In this document: one piece after another, positions 9,563 to 19,246 of the stretch
How the letters are laid out: each line of letters begins with the position of its first letter
Numbering within the stretch: the first letter of the stretch is position 1
DNA from: Eubacteriales bacterium
Lineage (GTDB): Bacteria > Bacillota > Clostridia > Oscillospirales > CAG-382
Reading direction: 5' to 3'
NCBI GenBank assembly: GCA_045600125.1
Contig: JAZRXH010000119.1
Coordinates: 1,513-65,512 of the forward strand
Length of the DNA: 64,000 bases
Made by a program: the position numbers and the translations under genes
Notes under the pieces: generated by a model
What the model was told of the DNA's origin: nothing
Databases searched by the model: none
What the model saw: the letters and a program-made list of their open reading frames with translations, nothing else

Positions 9563-10876
9563 ATGAAACTCACCGAACTCAAGTCCGCCATCCTCGGCGG
9601 CAAATACGACAAGGCGTTCGCTTCCCTCTACGGAGCTGACTTCGATAAGGAAGCCACCTACGCAAGATACGCCGACGCTGCGGAAAACTTCGAGAAGCTC
9701 TACGGCGCAAGGCTCGCTCCCGACGCCGACGTGTGCCTCTTCTCGGTACCCGGCAGAAGCGAGATCAGCGGAAACCATACCGACCATAACCACGGTAAGG
9801 TCGTTGCCGCCGGCATCTCCCTCGACATCATCGCCGTAGCCGCCAAGACCGACGCCGGCGAGGTCCGTATCAAGTCTGCGGGCTTTGATGAAGACGTAGC
9901 CGAGATCGCAAGCTGTGCGACGGTCGTCGAAGCACAGAAGTTCAAGGCAACCGCCATCGTCCGCGGTATGTGCGACGGCTTTGTAAAGAACGGCTTCAAG
10001 GTAGGCGGCTACTGCGCCTACACCACCTCCAATGTGCTCAAGGGCTCGGGACTTTCCTCCTCGGCAGCCTTCGAGGTCATGGTGGGCAATATCCTCAACC
10101 ACTTCTATAACGGCGGTTCTATCGACGCCGTAACGATCGCCAAGATCGCCCAGTATTCCGAAAACGTACACTTCGACAAGCCCTGCGGCCTCATGGATCA
10201 GACCGCCTGCGCCGTGGGCAGCTTCGTTGCCATCGACTTCAAGGACACCAGCGCTCCCGTTGTGGAGAAGCTGGGCTTCGACCTTACAAGGCACGGCTAT
10301 TCCCTCTGCATCGTCAACACCGGCGGAAACCACGCAGACCTTAACGAGGACTACGCTTCGGTGCCTGCCGAGATGAAGTCGGTCGCAAAGTACTTCGGCA
10401 AGGAATTCCTCCGGGACGTGGACAAGGCGGAGATCCTCGCCAACGTGCCGATCCTGCGCAAGGCATGCGGCGACAGAGCCGTACTTCGTGCGCTCCACTT
10501 CTGCCATGAAAACGAGAGAGTGGCAAAGCTCACCGAGGCTCTCAAAAACGACGATCTCGCCTCTTTCCTTGCCGGCATCAAGGCTTCCGGTCTCTCCTCG
10601 ATCACCCATCTTCAGAACACCTACACCACCAAGAACGTAGCGGAGCAGGGCATTTCCCTCGCCCTTGCCGTTGCCGGTGAAGTCCTTGACACAAAGCCCG
10701 GTACGGCATACAGAGTACACGGCGGCGGCTTTGCGGGCACGATCCAGGCATTCGTTCCCGATCAGTACGTGGAAGAATTCAACGTCATGATGAAGAGCGT
10801 CTTCGGCGAAGACTGCGCCTACGTCCTCAAGGTACGTCCCTACGGTGCGGTCATGCTCGAAAATCTCGCAAAGTAA
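9563..10876 (+). CDS. galK: Galactokinase
   Basis: PGRSEISGNHTDH, GSGLSSSAA, CGLMDQ, GGGFAG (GHMP kinase motifs). Confidence 0.9.
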   Translation: MKLTELKSAILGGKYDKAFASLYGADFDKEATYARYADAAENFEKLYGARLAPDADVCLFSVPGRSEISGNHTDHNHGKVVAAGISLDIIAVAAKTDAGEVRIKSAGFDEDVAEIASCATVVEAQKFKATAIVRGMCDGFVKNGFKVGGYCAYTTSNVLKGSGLSSSAAFEVMVGNILNHFYNGGSIDAVTIAKIAQYSENVHFDKPCGLMDQTACAVGSFVAIDFKDTSAPVVEKLGFDLTRHGYSLCIVNTGGNHADLNEDYASVPAEMKSVAKYFGKEFLRDVDKAEILANVPILRKACGDRAVLRALHFCHENERVAKLTEALKNDDLASFLAGIKASGLSSITHLQNTYTTKNVAEQGISLALAVAGEVLDTKPGTAYRVHGGGFAGTIQAFVPDQYVEEFNVMMKSVFGEDCAYVLKVRPYGAVMLENLAK

Positions 10877-10896
10877 GCGGGATACCGGGATATCCG

Positions 10897-11337
10897 ATGA
10901 AATACACGGTCGATCGCAAAAGCGGCTCCGGTACAGGGAAGCGTCCGAAGGGCAAAAACAGCCCGGAAAGCCGTAAAAAGGTGCTCGCTCTTGCCTTGTG
11001 GGGGCTTGCCGCCCTGACGCTGTACCTCGTATTCTCGAAACACTTTGCCGTTACCACGGTGCAGGTCATGGAGGTGCTCGTCCTCGGCTCGCTTCTTCTC
11101 TACGGCGCTGTCCTCATCACCGTTTCGGGGCTCCGGAAGGAACCGGAAGGCGGCAAAGCAGGGGATAAAGCCGAACGGAAGGAAAAGGAAGAAAAGCTGG
11201 CAAGGCTCGAAAAGCTGTCCAAAGGGCTCATCATTTTCGTGATCCCGCTGCTCTTCCTTCTGATCTTCGACTTTCTTCTGTCCACATGGCAGATGTTCGG
11301 CTCCGGCGTCCTCGGCTTCGGGAAGCCGAAACGGTAA
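10897..11337 (+). CDS. Hypothetical membrane protein (3 TM)
   Basis: Three hydrophobic segments; closely follows galK. Confidence 0.6.
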   Translation: MKYTVDRKSGSGTGKRPKGKNSPESRKKVLALALWGLAALTLYLVFSKHFAVTTVQVMEVLVLGSLLLYGAVLITVSGLRKEPEGGKAGDKAERKEKEEKLARLEKLSKGLIIFVIPLLFLLIFDFLLSTWQMFGSGVLGFGKPKR

Positions 11338-11589
11338 CAAAACGAGATAAGCAGGATTTCCCCCGCCGGAAGGTGGGGGAATTTTGCTTATCGAAAGAAG
11401 CAGCTTCCGTGCCCTTTGCCGCTTCTCCCGTGCCGCTGTCCTTGACAGTTTGCGCCGAGTATGATATGATATCTTCCGCAAGCATGCTGTCCGGCTGACG
11501 TTTTCCTCTTTGCGGCAGTCTTGCACCAAAGAGTCTGCCGATACGTATTTATAGTTGTATATGATCTTCCCAAAGCGAAAGGAGCCCCC

Positions 11590-12393
11590 ATGTTCTTTTA
11601 CCCCGAATTCATTTTCATTCTCGCCGCCATTGCCCTTGTCTGCCTTGTCGGCTTTAAGAAATACGTATGGTTCATCTCGGTGGGCTACGGCTTTTCCATC
11701 AGCGCCGCAGGCGTGTGCCTTGCGGTGCTGTACCGGAAGCAGCTCGGAGCGGGGCTGATTCTCTCCTCTCTGCTTCTCGTTCTGTACGGTCTGCGTCTCG
11801 GCGGCTTCCTGCTTCTTCGGGAAAAAAGAAGCCGCACCTACAACGCAAGGATGAAGACCGAAATATCCGACGGAAGCGGCATGAAGCTGTATTTGAAAAT
11901 CCTTCTTTGGCTTTCCTGCACCGTGCTGTATTTCCTCATGACCTCGCCCCTCATCTACCGCTTTGCAAACGGTCGCAGAGACGACGGCTGTCTTTTCGCC
12001 GGGCTTTTCGTCATGCTGTGCGGCATCGTTCTGGAGGCGCTGTCCGACGCACAGAAGTCCCGTCTTAAAAAGAAAGCGCCCCGCCGCTTCTGCGACACGG
12101 GACTCTTCCGCCTTGTGCGCTGTCCGAACTACCTCGGAGAGCTGATCGTTTGGACGGGCGTCTTTATTTCCGGCTGTTCTGCACTTTGCGGGATCGGTCA
12201 GTGGACGGCGGCGATCGTGGGCTATCTCGGGATCGTCTACGTCATGTTCAGCGGAGCAAGGAGGCTCGAGCTCCGGCAGGACAGGACCTACGGTGAGGAT
12301 GCGGAATACCGGGCGTACGCAGCCAAAACGCCGATCCTGCTCCCGCTCGTACCGCTTTACAGCGTGAAGAAATACAAGTGGCTCGTGGGCTGA
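11590..12393 (+). CDS. DUF1295 / steroid 5-alpha-reductase-like membrane protein
   Basis: EALSDAQK, GLFRLVRCPNYLGE. Confidence 0.85.
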   Translation: MFFYPEFIFILAAIALVCLVGFKKYVWFISVGYGFSISAAGVCLAVLYRKQLGAGLILSSLLLVLYGLRLGGFLLLREKRSRTYNARMKTEISDGSGMKLYLKILLWLSCTVLYFLMTSPLIYRFANGRRDDGCLFAGLFVMLCGIVLEALSDAQKSRLKKKAPRRFCDTGLFRLVRCPNYLGELIVWTGVFISGCSALCGIGQWTAAIVGYLGIVYVMFSGARRLELRQDRTYGEDAEYRAYAAKTPILLPLVPLYSVKKYKWLVG

Positions 12394-12642
12394 GCGGTAA
12401 AGGAGCGCTTCCGGCACCTCCGTTTTTGCCGAAAGCGGCAAACGCTTTGAAGAATCGCCAAAAAAAGATGTACGCAATACCGAAAAAATGTAACAATACC
12501 TGATTTTGCGCAAAAAGGCTTGCAATTTGCGCCGCTTTGCGTTATAATGTATGTGGTTGAATGTGCGGTTTTGCGGCACAGCCATTGAAAAGGCACAAAA
12601 GGGACGTATCGACCCCCAAGTGCGAAAGGACGGACAGACACT

Positions 12643-13716
12643 ATGAGCAATGTAAGAAAGACGAAGCACAATCTTTGTGTGATCGGTTACGGCGGAATGG
12701 GCGGCGGCTTCCATGTGAAGAACGCTCTTACCAGCGACGTTGTCAATCTCGCCGGAATCTACGATATTGACCCCGCAAAGCGGGAAAAGGCAAGACAGAA
12801 CGGCATAAAGGCTTACGAATCTCTTGAAGAGGTTCTTGCCGACAAGTCGGTGGATCTCTGCACCGTAGCGATTCCCAACGACGCCCACAAGGACACCGTC
12901 GTAAAGTGTCTTCTCGGCGGCAAGAACGTGATCTGCGAAAAGCCGGTGGCTCTTTCCAGCGCCGAGCTTTCGGAAATGATCGAGGCGTCGAAGAAGTCCG
13001 GCAAGCTCTTCACGGTCCATCAGAACCGCCGTTGGGACGTGGACTTCCTCGCCATGAAGAAGATCCACGACAGCGGAGAGATCGGCAGGATCTTCAACAT
13101 CGAGTCCCGTATCCACGGCTCGAGAGGCATCCCCAGCGACTGGCGGCGCGAAAAGGAACACGGCGGCGGTATGCTTCTGGACTGGGGCGTGCATCTGATC
13201 GACCAGATTCTCCGGATCTACACCGAAAAGATCGAAAAGGTCTACTGCCGTTTCGATTATATCACCGAGACCGAAGTGGACGACGGCATCCAGCTGTACA
13301 TCTACTTTGAAGGCGGTGCAAGAGCCTACGTGGAGGTCGGCACCTACAACTTCATTGCTCTTCCACGGTTCTATATGCAGGGCGAAAAGGGAACGGCGCT
13401 CATCACCGACTGGCGTGAAAACGCAAAGGTGGTCAAGTGCAAGGCATGGCACGAGAGCGACGTCCTCCCCGTAGAGACCGCCGCAGGTCTCACCAAGACC
13501 ATGGCGCCCCGGGACGAGATCACTACCGATACCTATGAGATCGACCGCCCGAAGTCGGACGTCCATGACTTCTACCGCAACGTCTGCGCCGCTATCGACG
13601 GCAGGGAAACACAGCTCGTTACCCACGAGCAGGTCATGAGAGTCTTTAAGGTCATGGAAGCCGCCTGCGAGTCTGCCCACACCGGCAGGCCCGTGCTTTT
13701 CCCCGAGAAGCTTTAA
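12643..13716 (+). CDS. Gfo/Idh/MocA oxidoreductase
   Basis: IGYGGMG, CEKP, HQNRRWD, GGGMLLDWGVHLID. Confidence 0.92.
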   Translation: MSNVRKTKHNLCVIGYGGMGGGFHVKNALTSDVVNLAGIYDIDPAKREKARQNGIKAYESLEEVLADKSVDLCTVAIPNDAHKDTVVKCLLGGKNVICEKPVALSSAELSEMIEASKKSGKLFTVHQNRRWDVDFLAMKKIHDSGEIGRIFNIESRIHGSRGIPSDWRREKEHGGGMLLDWGVHLIDQILRIYTEKIEKVYCRFDYITETEVDDGIQLYIYFEGGARAYVEVGTYNFIALPRFYMQGEKGTALITDWRENAKVVKCKAWHESDVLPVETAAGLTKTMAPRDEITTDTYEIDRPKSDVHDFYRNVCAAIDGRETQLVTHEQVMRVFKVMEAACESAHTGRPVLFPEKL

Positions 13717-13727
13717 ATGTTTATATA

Positions 13728-13877
13728 TGGGGGCTACTCGCCCCCATACCCCGTCGCCGCCTTTTGAAAAAGGCGGGCGAAAACTTTTACTCAGTGGCAG
13801 TCCGTTCGGACTGCCACGATTCTTTTTTAGATAAAGGGTCGTTGCCTACTGTCTGTTGCGGCAGCGGGAAGCCCCCA
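13728..13877 (+). repeat. Modular repeat, copy 4, between convergent genes
   Basis: GGGGCTACTCGCCCC; CGCCTTTTGAAAAAGGCG; GTGGCAGTCCGTTCGGACTGCCAC; AAAGGGTCGTTGCCTACTGT. Confidence 0.9.
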
Positions 13878-13886
13878 TAAATCAGG

Positions 13887-15248
13887 TTATTCTTCGAAAA
13901 GTCCCCTCATCCAGTAACGGGAGAAGACACAAAAGGTGCAGACGGCGGCACGGACGGCGTAGTCCGAGAAGAGGCCGATGATGAGTCCGTAGATACCGAG
14001 GCTCGTATATTTGACAAGGACGTAAGCCACGGGGATCCGGACGCACCAAGGTGCGAAGGTATGGAAGAGCATGGTGATCACGGCGTGGCCCGTCGCCTTG
14101 AGCATCCCCTGCCCCGCCTGATAGCCGGTGGTGAGGGGGATCGAGAAGCACATGATCCGCATGATGAACACACTGTCCGCAAGGAGCTTTGCATCGTTTT
14201 TGGCAAAAAGCGAACAGAGCGGCGTGGCAAAAAGGAAGCAGACCACCGCAAGGATGCCGAGAATGATCTGAGAAAGAATGTAAATGCCCTGACCGTAGCG
14301 CTTAGCGCCTTCCTTGTCCATTTCGCCCACCTTGTTGCCAACAAAGGTGACCTGCGCATTTTCCAGTCCGCCGGTAACACAGTAAAGAAGGTTAAGGATG
14401 TTGTTCTGCAGCTGATAGCCCGCAAGAGCCGAGGTCCCGAGCATCGCCGTGACCGACTGGATGCCGAGGTACGCCACCTGAATGAAGAAGTCCGCCGCCA
14501 TGGAGGGCGCTCCGATCTTCAGAAGCTCCCGCATGGCATACAGACACGGCTTTTCAAGACGGGTGATACGCACGATCCCCGCCTTCGGCGAAAGAATGTA
14601 CAGAATTCTCGATACGCCGCCGAATATCGTCGAAATGAGGAACGCATAGGCGGGACCTTCGATGCCGCTCTTTTTTACGACGATGAAAAAATAACACAGC
14701 GACAGGTTGATCAGATTGGATATAAGGGTGAGAATGAACGGCGTCTTTGCATCCTTTGCTCCCCGCAGAACGGAAGAAAGCGCAATGTCCATGGCAAGGA
14801 AGGGCATCGACGGGATGATGATGTGCAGATAACGACACGCCCTTATCCGGATCGCCTCCTCCGAGTTCTTGAAAAGGAAGCCGAGAAGTCCGTCCGCCCA
14901 GCCGAGGCTGAGGATCAGTGCGATAAGGCTGAGCCCGAGACAGAGATAGATTGCACTCATCGCAAAGACGTGTATCTTCTCTTTTTCGAGGGTGAGCCGC
15001 CTCGATATGCTTACGCTGGCGCCGATGGAAAGGCCAAGAAGCGTCTGCCGCAGGATGCCGATGTACGTACTGGAAATGGATACCGCGCTGATGTCCACGG
15101 CGCCGAGATATCTTGCAATGAAGACCGTGCCGATGGTGGCGGAAAGGACGAGAAGCACCCTCTCGCCGATGGCGGGAATGGCGAACGTGAAGATCTCACG
15201 AAGAAATGCGGGCTCAAAGAAGCCCTTTTTGCTTTGTGCCGAAGTCAA
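13887..15248 (-). CDS. MATE family efflux transporter
   Basis: About 12 TM segments, LRGAKDAKTP, two-fold MATE repeat. Confidence 0.9.
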   Translation of the reverse strand: MTSAQSKKGFFEPAFLREIFTFAIPAIGERVLLVLSATIGTVFIARYLGAVDISAVSISSTYIGILRQTLLGLSIGASVSISRRLTLEKEKIHVFAMSAIYLCLGLSLIALILSLGWADGLLGFLFKNSEEAIRIRACRYLHIIIPSMPFLAMDIALSSVLRGAKDAKTPFILTLISNLINLSLCYFFIVVKKSGIEGPAYAFLISTIFGGVSRILYILSPKAGIVRITRLEKPCLYAMRELLKIGAPSMAADFFIQVAYLGIQSVTAMLGTSALAGYQLQNNILNLLYCVTGGLENAQVTFVGNKVGEMDKEGAKRYGQGIYILSQIILGILAVVCFLFATPLCSLFAKNDAKLLADSVFIMRIMCFSIPLTTGYQAGQGMLKATGHAVITMLFHTFAPWCVRIPVAYVLVKYTSLGIYGLIIGLFSDYAVRAAVCTFCVFSRYWMRGLFEE

Positions 15249-15356
15249 TTTTTACACCTTTTTCTGCTTTGTCTGCGTTTGTTTTCCCGCCTGTGACGGT
15301 TTCTGCCTGCCTCTTTTGCGGCTGTCCCGCAATAAAGGGGATGAACGGTTTTGTCC

Positions 15357-16244
15357 TTACGTTTCCGTCCCTTCCGGAGCGCTGCTTCCGGAGCGGCGAA
15401 AATCCGCCGGGGTCTTTCCCACGTGGGCACGGAAGGATTTGACGAAATGAGGCACGTCGGTAAAGCCCACGGCAAAAGCCACCTCGGATACCGACATATT
15501 ACTGCAAAGAAGGAGGTTCTTGGCGGCGCTGATGCGGCAGTCCACGAGAAAGCCGTGGAGCGTCATGCCGGTCTCCTCCCGGAAAATGCGGTTCAGATGC
15601 ACCGGATGGAAGTTGAATTCCTCCCCCAGTGCCTCGTAGCTCAGATCCTCTTCGTATTTCGTCTGGATGAACCTGATCAGCTCGGTGACGAGGAAGGTGC
15701 TTCCGCTGCCGCTCTCCTCGGTGTTCTCGGCGGAAATGACCATCTTGACGATGACCGTTTTGAGAAGCGACGAAGCCAGCGCCTCCCGGGAGGGGCTTCT
15801 TGTGTTGAAGGCGTGGGTGATCTCCCAGAAGCTCTCCTCCAGACTCTGCCGGTTCTGCAGTACCATCGGAGAATTCAGGCACGGCGTCTTCGGGAAACCC
15901 ACATCCGCCTCGAAGGGCGTCACGGTACAGCCGATGCCGAGAGGAACGGAGGATTTATAGGCAGCCCGGAAGTCCATTGTGAAATCGAAATTCAGCGGGA
16001 TGTGCTTCACGTCCCCGCAGGGGCGCCACTTATAGACCGTGCCGGAGGGGATGTAGATCACCGTGCCCCGGTCGAAGGGGTATTCGGTGCCGGAGATACC
16101 TATCTTCCCGCAGCCCTTCACGATGTAAAAGATCCGCTGATCTCTGGCGCACAGGGCTTTGAATATGTACTTGTTGCTTTTTGTAAAGGTAAAGCAGCTC
16201 GTGCTTCGAAGATACGGGGTCACGTTTTCAAGGGTAAGCTCCAC
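15357..16244 (-). CDS. AraC family transcriptional regulator
   Basis: Cupin N-terminus; HLNRIFREETG and SEVAFAVGFTDVPHFVKSFR; start uncertain (GTG 16244 or 16268). Confidence 0.9.
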   Translation of the reverse strand: MELTLENVTPYLRSTSCFTFTKSNKYIFKALCARDQRIFYIVKGCGKIGISGTEYPFDRGTVIYIPSGTVYKWRPCGDVKHIPLNFDFTMDFRAAYKSSVPLGIGCTVTPFEADVGFPKTPCLNSPMVLQNRQSLEESFWEITHAFNTRSPSREALASSLLKTVIVKMVISAENTEESGSGSTFLVTELIRFIQTKYEEDLSYEALGEEFNFHPVHLNRIFREETGMTLHGFLVDCRISAAKNLLLCSNMSVSEVAFAVGFTDVPHFVKSFRAHVGKTPADFRRSGSSAPEGTET

Positions 16245-16580
16245 CGTGTTTTCCCCCCTTTTTTTCAAGTCGTTCCAAGTTAAGTATTATACAGCAAATT
16301 ATAATCCCTGCATAGGGATTTTGTCAATATATACTTGTGTTTTCCAAACATTTTTCCGTTATTCCCGGGAAATCTTCAAAAAAAGTGCGCCGTCCATTGC
16401 CATGGAGCACTTTCTTTCCGGCATCGGCGCGGGGCGCTTCCGGAACGGATGGAAGAAACAGAACAAAGCAAATTCGCAGACAAAGAAAGACCGCCGGGGA
16501 ATTGTCTCTCCGACGATCCTTTGTCTTTTTCACTTTTTGACCTTTGCCTCTTTCGGGGCTTTCCCGAAAAATCGCCTTTA

Positions 16581-17126
16581 TCAGTCGTGGAAGAAAAGCG
16601 GAAGCTCCTCGAGGAAGAGGATATCGTCCCGCTTTGCGGCGTCGCCCTCGGCGAGGATCGCCATTCTGCCGCAGATGCTGCCGCCTGCCTGCTCGACCAG
16701 CTTTTCAATGGCGGTAAGGGATTCGCCGGTGGAGATCACGTCGTCCACGATGAGGACCCGCTTTCCCTTCATGAGCTTTGCGTCCTCGCCGTCAAGATAG
16801 AGCGTCTGGGTGTGCTGGGTGGTGATGGAATTCACCGTCACCGAAAGGGGATCTACCATGTAGACCTTGAGTCCCTTGCGGGCGATGATGTGGCGCTTGT
16901 CGCCGTGCTGGCGCGCCATTTCGTGGATGAGCGGGATGCCCTTTGCCTCGGCGGTCACAAGGTAATCGTATTCGGGAGCGATCTTCAGAAGCTCTCTTGC
17001 GCACGCTTCGGTGAGCTCTACGTCGCCGAGGATGACGAAGCCCGCAATATCGAGCCTGTCGCTGACGGCACAGATGGGAAGCTGTCTTTCAAGACCCGCC
17101 ACCTTCAGTGTATAATAGTTCGGCAT
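16581..17126 (-). CDS. Adenine phosphoribosyltransferase-like type I PRTase
   Basis: TAEAKGIP, VLIVDDVISTGES. Confidence 0.88.
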   Translation of the reverse strand: MPNYYTLKVAGLERQLPICAVSDRLDIAGFVILGDVELTEACARELLKIAPEYDYLVTAEAKGIPLIHEMARQHGDKRHIIARKGLKVYMVDPLSVTVNSITTQHTQTLYLDGEDAKLMKGKRVLIVDDVISTGESLTAIEKLVEQAGGSICGRMAILAEGDAAKRDDILFLEELPLFFHD

Positions 17127-17174
17127 ATCTTTTTCAGTCCTTTCAGAAGTTTTGACAAGGCAAGGCAAGCCCTG

Positions 17175-17513
17175 TTACGCCATTTTTTCGGGGAGCTTCG
17201 TCCCGCCGAGAATGTGGAAGTGCAGATGCTTTACCGACTGACAGCCGTCCTCGCCGCAGTTGGTGATGACACGGTAGCCGTTCGTAAGACCTGCCGCCTT
17301 GGCGATCTCGGGGATCTTCTCGAAAATGTGCTTCACGTAGTCGGAATTGTCGGCGCTGACGAAATCACAGCTCTCGATGTGGAGCTTGGGGATCACCAGC
17401 ACGTGTACCGGCGCCATGGGATTTATGTCCTTGAAGGCGAGGATCTTATCGTCCTCGTATACCTTTGTCGAAGGGATGTCGCCCTTCGCGATCATGCAGA
17501 AAATGCAGTCCAT
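17175..17513 (-). CDS. HIT family nucleotide-binding protein (HinT-like)
   Basis: CIFC, DINPMAPVH, HLHFHILGG. Confidence 0.95.
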   Translation of the reverse strand: MDCIFCMIAKGDIPSTKVYEDDKILAFKDINPMAPVHVLVIPKLHIESCDFVSADNSDYVKHIFEKIPEIAKAAGLTNGYRVITNCGEDGCQSVKHLHFHILGGTKLPEKMA

Positions 17514-17681
17514 TGATTTGTCCTCCGTCTTGTTTCTTTCGGCTTCGGAAACCGTGTTTCCGCTGAGCCCTTTTTTATGCGTCTATTTTATCACGGACTT
17601 TCGGAATTGTCAAGTTCCCCCGGAAAAAACGGGAGAGGCCGAAAACGGCTTCCCCCGACTTTTCTTTTTTTCTTTTTTTTC

Positions 17682-18470
17682 TTATTTCTTTATGAGTTCC
17701 TTTGCGATCTCAAGATACGCCGTTGCACCCTTGGAGTACTTTTCGTAGTACAGCGCCGGCATTCCGTAGGAGGGAGCCTCCGAGAGCTTGACGTTTCTCG
17801 GCACCGGCACCTTGAAGAGCTTCCCGGGGAAGTGCTTCTTGATCTCCTCCAGCACCTGCAAAGAAAGATTCAGTCTGCCGTCGAACATGGTGATGATCAC
17901 GCCGATGAGCTCCAGCTCGGGGTTATAAAGGCGCTTCACCTGCCCGATGGTCATGGTGAGCTGGGTAAGCCCCTCGAGGGCGTAGTATTCGCACTGCATG
18001 GGGACGATGACGCCGTCGGCGGCGCACAGCGAGTTGATGGTCAGAAGCCCCAGCGACGGCGGGCAGTCGATGAATATGTAGTCGTACAGACTGCGCAGAG
18101 GCGTCAGCGCCGTTCTCAGCTTATATTCCCTCTCCGGCACGTCCACCAGCTCCAGCTCCGCACCCGCAAGGGCGATGTTGGAGGGCAGAATATCCAGATT
18201 TTTGAATTCGGTCTTCTTGATGATCTTCTCGGGCTCGGTCAGATTGATGAGAGCGTCGTACACCGAAAGGCTGTTCCTTTTGGAAACGCCCACGCCGCTG
18301 GTTGTGTTGCCCTGAGGATCCAGATCCACCAGAAGCACCTTCTTCCCGAGAGCCCCCACGCTCGCCGCAAGGTTCACGGCGGAGGTGGTTTTGCCTACGC
18401 CGCCCTTCTGATTGGCGAAGGCGAGAATTTTACAGTATCCGGTTTTATTCAAAACGTTTCTTCCTTTCAA
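17682..18470 (-). CDS. soj: ParA/Soj family ATPase
   Basis: NQKGGVGKTT, DLDPQGN, DCPPSLG, PMQCEYYALEG, PRNVKLSEAPS. Confidence 0.9.
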   Translation of the reverse strand: MKGRNVLNKTGYCKILAFANQKGGVGKTTSAVNLAASVGALGKKVLLVDLDPQGNTTSGVGVSKRNSLSVYDALINLTEPEKIIKKTEFKNLDILPSNIALAGAELELVDVPEREYKLRTALTPLRSLYDYIFIDCPPSLGLLTINSLCAADGVIVPMQCEYYALEGLTQLTMTIGQVKRLYNPELELIGVIITMFDGRLNLSLQVLEEIKKHFPGKLFKVPVPRNVKLSEAPSYGMPALYYEKYSKGATAYLEIAKELIKK

Positions 18471-19136
18471 AAGTCAAAAGGTCCCGCCGATAAAGGCGGC
18501 AAAAAGGCGGCGGTACGGCAAAAGTGCGTGCCTGCCATCCCGGGTGAGCCGTATGCGGAAACAGATGACGGTATATCGCAGCTTGCAAATGACAAAGGAT
18601 CGGAAAGCCGGTTCATAGGACCCGGAAAGACATCGCACCCTCTTTTCGGGAAGTACGATTCTGCTTTTTTGCCCTCTCTTCTCCCTTTCGGGTCCGGAAG
18701 GCAGAGAAAAACGGCGATATCCCCGGTATTTTCGGCAAAAATGCGGTGAAAAAAATACGTCAGTCCGAAAAAAATAAGGACTGCCATAAAACGATCCGTA
18801 AAAATGGCGGGCAAAGCCGTAACGGCTTTTCTCCGGACAGAGAACCCCGCAAACGGTATTGTATCACAGTTTTGCCGTTTTGTCAATTCAGAACCGCTTT
18901 CTTCTCCGAAGGGCTTTTGACGCATGGAATTGTGGTCATCGGCGCTTTCTTTCGCCATTTTTGTCTACATTTTGTGGTTCGGCGGCAAATTTTGTTTTTC
19001 GGCGGGAAATGTAACAAAAAAATTCTACATTTTGACTAAAAATCGGAAGGCGCCGCTTTTTCTGCCCTTTTCACCTTGCAAGAAAGGGACGGAAAAAGGA
19101 ACTCCCCTTCCCGTAAAGCTTCTCAAAACGGGAAAA

Positions 19137-19165
19137 GCATAAAGGAAAAAGACGGCACATATACT
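19137..19165 (+). promoter_or_regulatory. Putative sporulation sigma (sigE-like) promoter of spoIIP
   Basis: GCATA-16 nt-CATATACT upstream of spoIIP. Confidence 0.45.
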
Positions 19166-19246
19166 GTCACGGCGGCTCGGCGTTTCGGGATCGTGCGCCG
19201 CACGCAGCCCTGAAAAAGAATGCAGGAAAGGAAAAGGAAAAGTGAG

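Noticed and set aside
10840-13680. 946-aa minus-strand ORF, and similar long antisense ORFs (2597-4267, 36441-38546, 42175-43722, 57937-61359)
   Set aside because: Shadow ORFs antisense to well-supported genes in GC-rich DNA; no recognisable motifs
18545-18580. Group II intron domain V (GAGCCGTATGCGGAAAC...)
   Set aside because: The 3' half does not complete the DV helix (no CGCACGTACGGTTC); no DVI or RT nearby
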